Shown here one piece after another: positions 57,887 through 64,000 of a stretch of 64,000 bases of DNA. The stretch covers positions 135,375 through 199,374 of the forward strand of contig JAFGGD010000034.1 of the NCBI GenBank assembly GCA_016930695.1. The letters run 5' to 3'. The position numbers were made by a program, and so were the translations under genes. The first letter of the stretch is position 1. Each line of letters starts with the position of its first letter. A model generated the notes under the pieces. The model had not been told where the DNA came from, made no database searches, and saw only the letters and a program-made list of their open reading frames with translations. Origin of the DNA: Candidatus Eiseniibacteriota bacterium (GTDB lineage: Bacteria; Orphanbacterota; Orphanbacteria; Orphanbacterales; Orphanbacteraceae).

Positions 57887-58380
57887 AATCGTTCACGATT
57901 CGCCCGATCGCTGAGGGGGACCGGGACTGGGTCCGCGATCTCTTCGCCGAGCACTGGGGATCCTCCCTGGTGATCACCAGGGGGACGGCGCACCAAGCGG
58001 ACGCGCTCCCCGGATTCATCGCCGCCGAGAAAGGAGGGGGCGTGCGCATCGGTCTTCTCACCTACCGGATCGACGGGGACGAGTGCGAGATCGTCTCCCT
58101 GAACAGTCTGCGCGAAGGGATCGGCGTGGGCGGGGCGCTCCTCGGCGCGGCGACGGAGGAGGCGAGGCGCGCCGGATGCCTCCGGGCCCTGCTGATCACC
58201 ACCAACGACAACCTCCCCGCCGTCCGTTTCTATCAAAAGCGCGGATGGCGTCTCCGCGCGGTCTACCCCGGCGCGATCCGCGAATCCCGCCGGCGGAAGC
58301 CGGCGATCCCGGAGACCGGCGTGGACGGGATCCCGATCCGGGACGAGATCGAGCTGGAACTCCCCCTCGACGGGCGCTGA
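57883..58380 (+). CDS. GNAT family N-acetyltransferase
   Basis: TTG with AGGAGG SD; EGIGVGGALL, LITTNDNLPAVRFYQKRGW. Confidence 0.9.
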   Translation: MKSFTIRPIAEGDRDWVRDLFAEHWGSSLVITRGTAHQADALPGFIAAEKGGGVRIGLLTYRIDGDECEIVSLNSLREGIGVGGALLGAATEEARRAGCLRALLITTNDNLPAVRFYQKRGWRLRAVYPGAIRESRRRKPAIPETGVDGIPIRDEIELELPLDGR

Positions 58381-62051
<3,671 letters not shown>

Positions 62052-62070
62052 AAGGAAAGGAACGACTCCC

Positions 62071-63366
62071 ATGGAACGGTGCGACCTGCTGATCCGGAAC
62101 GTGAGCTGCCTCGCCACCCTGGCGGGCGGGGAGCCGGGGCCGGTCTCCGCGCCGGGTTGGGAGCACCTGGGCCTCATCGAGGGGGGCGCCCTGGCGGCGC
62201 GAGACGGTTGGATCGTCGCCGTGGGCTCCGACGCGGACGTGGCGGCCCGCGTGTCGCCGTCGCCGGACGCGATCGTGCTCGACGGCGCGGACCGTCTCCT
62301 CATGCCCGGTTTCATCGATCCCCACACCCACTTTCTCTTCGCCGGGACCCGCGAGGACGAGTACGCCCTCCGCGTGGAGGGAGTGGACTATTTGGAGATT
62401 CGGCGGCGCGGCGGCGGCATACGCCGGACGGTGCGGCGCTTCCGGGATTCGTCGGACGAGGAACTGCTCCGGTGGGGCCGGGAGCGTTTGAACGCCCTCT
62501 TCTCCTTCGGGACCACCACGGTGGAGGGGAAGAGCGGTTACGGTCTGAACACGGAACAGGAGCTTCGCGCGCTTCGCTTGATGGGTGAATTGGACCGAAC
62601 CCATCCGATCGGCGTGGAGCGAACCTTCCTCGGCGCCCACGAAATCCCCGAGGAGTACGAGGGGCGGCGGGAAGCCTACGTGGATCTGGTGGCGGAGGAG
62701 ATGATCCCCTCGGTCGGCGGCGAGGCCCGCTTCTGCGACGTTTTCTGCGAGAAGGGGGTGTTTTCGGTGGAGGACTCGCGGCGCGTTCTGGAGGCGGGGA
62801 AGCGCCACGGCCTTCTTCCCAAGCTCCACGCCGAAGAGTTCGCCTCCATCGGCGGGGGCGAACTGGCCGCCGAAGTGGGTGCCGTCTCGGCGGACCATCT
62901 GCTGGCGGTGACCGACTCGGGGTGCGCCGCCATGGCCGCCGCGGGCGTCGTGGCGATCATCCTGCCGGGCACCTCGGTCGGTCTGGCGGGGCGCCACTTT
63001 ATCGACATCGAAAAATTCCGCCGGCACCGCCTTCCCGTCGCCATAGGGACCGACTGCAATCCCGGAAGCAGCTTCACCGAATCGATGCCGGCCGTGATCA
63101 GTCTCGCCTGTTCCTTGGAGGGGCTCACCGTTCCCGAGGGGATTCTGGGGGCTACACGGAACGCCGCGGCGGCGCTCCGACGGCTGGATCGGGTCGGTAC
63201 CCTGGAGGTGGGGAAGGGGGCTGATTTGATTCTTCTGCGCGCAACCCACCCGGCCGCAATACCTTACCGGTTCGGATCCAACCTGGTCGAGATGGTGATT
63301 CGGGAGGGAAAGGTCTATCGAACCCCCGGTCAAGGTTTCGTCCCCGTCGGCCGAAACTCCCTGTAG
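62071..63366 (+). CDS. hutI: Imidazolonepropionase
   Basis: PGFIDPHTH, GTTTVEGKSGYGL, FLGAH, DVFCE, KLHAEE, SADHL, TDCNPGS (alternative start 62038). Confidence 0.96.
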   Translation: MERCDLLIRNVSCLATLAGGEPGPVSAPGWEHLGLIEGGALAARDGWIVAVGSDADVAARVSPSPDAIVLDGADRLLMPGFIDPHTHFLFAGTREDEYALRVEGVDYLEIRRRGGGIRRTVRRFRDSSDEELLRWGRERLNALFSFGTTTVEGKSGYGLNTEQELRALRLMGELDRTHPIGVERTFLGAHEIPEEYEGRREAYVDLVAEEMIPSVGGEARFCDVFCEKGVFSVEDSRRVLEAGKRHGLLPKLHAEEFASIGGGELAAEVGAVSADHLLAVTDSGCAAMAAAGVVAIILPGTSVGLAGRHFIDIEKFRRHRLPVAIGTDCNPGSSFTESMPAVISLACSLEGLTVPEGILGATRNAAAALRRLDRVGTLEVGKGADLILLRATHPAAIPYRFGSNLVEMVIREGKVYRTPGQGFVPVGRNSL

Positions 63367-63441
63367 ATACACGGAATAGTAGAGAACCCGTGTTCTCGGG
63401 CGGGATGGGACCGTCGCGGGGAGCTGAGTGGGGGGAAGCCC

Positions 63442-64000
63442 TTGTCATCGGTATCGGAAATTCTGAAAAGGGCGAAGGATTGCGAGCGGAAAGGCGACTG
63501 GGACGGCGCCATCGCCGAGTTCCGCAAAATGGTGAACGCGGAACCGTGCCCGCCGATCGCCTGCAATCTGATGGGCGATCTGTACCACAAGAAGGGGGAC
63601 GCCGCGGAAGCCTACGAGTGGTACCGGAAAGCGATCGATAACTACGCTCGGGAGGACCTCTACGCCAACGCCATCGGCATCTGCCGGAAGGTTCTCCGGC
63701 AGGAATCCGGGCGTGAGGAGATGCTGGAGCGTCTCGGCGGACTCTTCTTCTCTCAAGGTTTTGTCCGGGAGGCGGTGAAGCACTATCTCGATTACGCCGC
63801 GCGTATGGCCGAGCGGGGCGACTCGGAATCGGTAATCGAGACGGCGACGCGCGTGAGGGAGATCCTGGCCGACGATCCGGCGGTTCGGGAGCGTCTCGGC
63901 GACGTGCTCGCCATGGTTTCCCGCCCCGCGGAAGCGGCGGGAGAGTACAGGGCCGCGCTGGACGGGTTCCGCCGCTGCGAAAAAGAGCCCGAGTCGAGTC
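63442..64000 (+). CDS. Tetratricopeptide-repeat protein (3'-truncated by window edge)
   Basis: TTG start; reads LSSVSEILKRAKDCERKGDWDGAIAEF..NLMGDLYHKKGD..AIGICRKVL; open to the window end; absent from the ORF track. Confidence 0.8.
   Translation, partial: MSSVSEILKRAKDCERKGDWDGAIAEFRKMVNAEPCPPIACNLMGDLYHKKGDAAEAYEWYRKAIDNYAREDLYANAIGICRKVLRQESGREEMLERLGGLFFSQGFVREAVKHYLDYAARMAERGDSESVIETATRVREILADDPAVRERLGDVLAMVSRPAEAAGEYRAALDGFRRCEKEPESS

Overview
High-GC bacterial chromosomal segment with no CRISPR array, rRNA, tRNA or mobile element that I could recognise. Its gene content (PorU/PorV-like proteins, T9SS-type C-terminal domains, secreted proteins ending in 'SWGxVKxxFR') suggests a non-Bacteroidota FCB-group lineage such as Ca. 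Eisenbacteria or Krumholzibacteriota; this is inference. Gene order: partial M23 peptidase, dnaE, SAM methyltransferase, queG, def; a GNAT-HDAC fusion and two small minus-strand genes; Tdh-like dehydrogenase, membrane protein, nadA; FmdB zinc ribbon, mtaB, miaB; a small Zn-finger gene; a full nuoA-N operon with fused nuoCD; a candidate 6S-like RNA; two Cys-rich secreted paralogs; a polymerase-dead PolX-PHP head-to-head with a PHP gene; YjbH-like OMP, accA; a ~16 kb T9SS-like envelope operon (PorU-like C25 peptidase, PorV, M6 protease with CTD, two DUF5683-like proteins, NHL protein, SprA-like barrel, Omp85); two lipoproteins, GNAT, ligA, hutH, hutI, and a partial TPR gene. Top leads: (1) a short C-terminal sorting-signal-like tail, A-[TS]-E-x-x-S-W-G-x-V-K-x-x-F-R, possibly served by the compact T9SS-like machinery; (2) a probable hidden selenocysteine in the FmdB protein (UGA, SECIS-like hairpin, and restored ATGA coupling to mtaB); (3) two promoter-driven structured non-coding intervals; (4) a non-canonical PolX and a GNAT-HDAC fusion. 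All assignments are by-eye motif recognition, not database searches.
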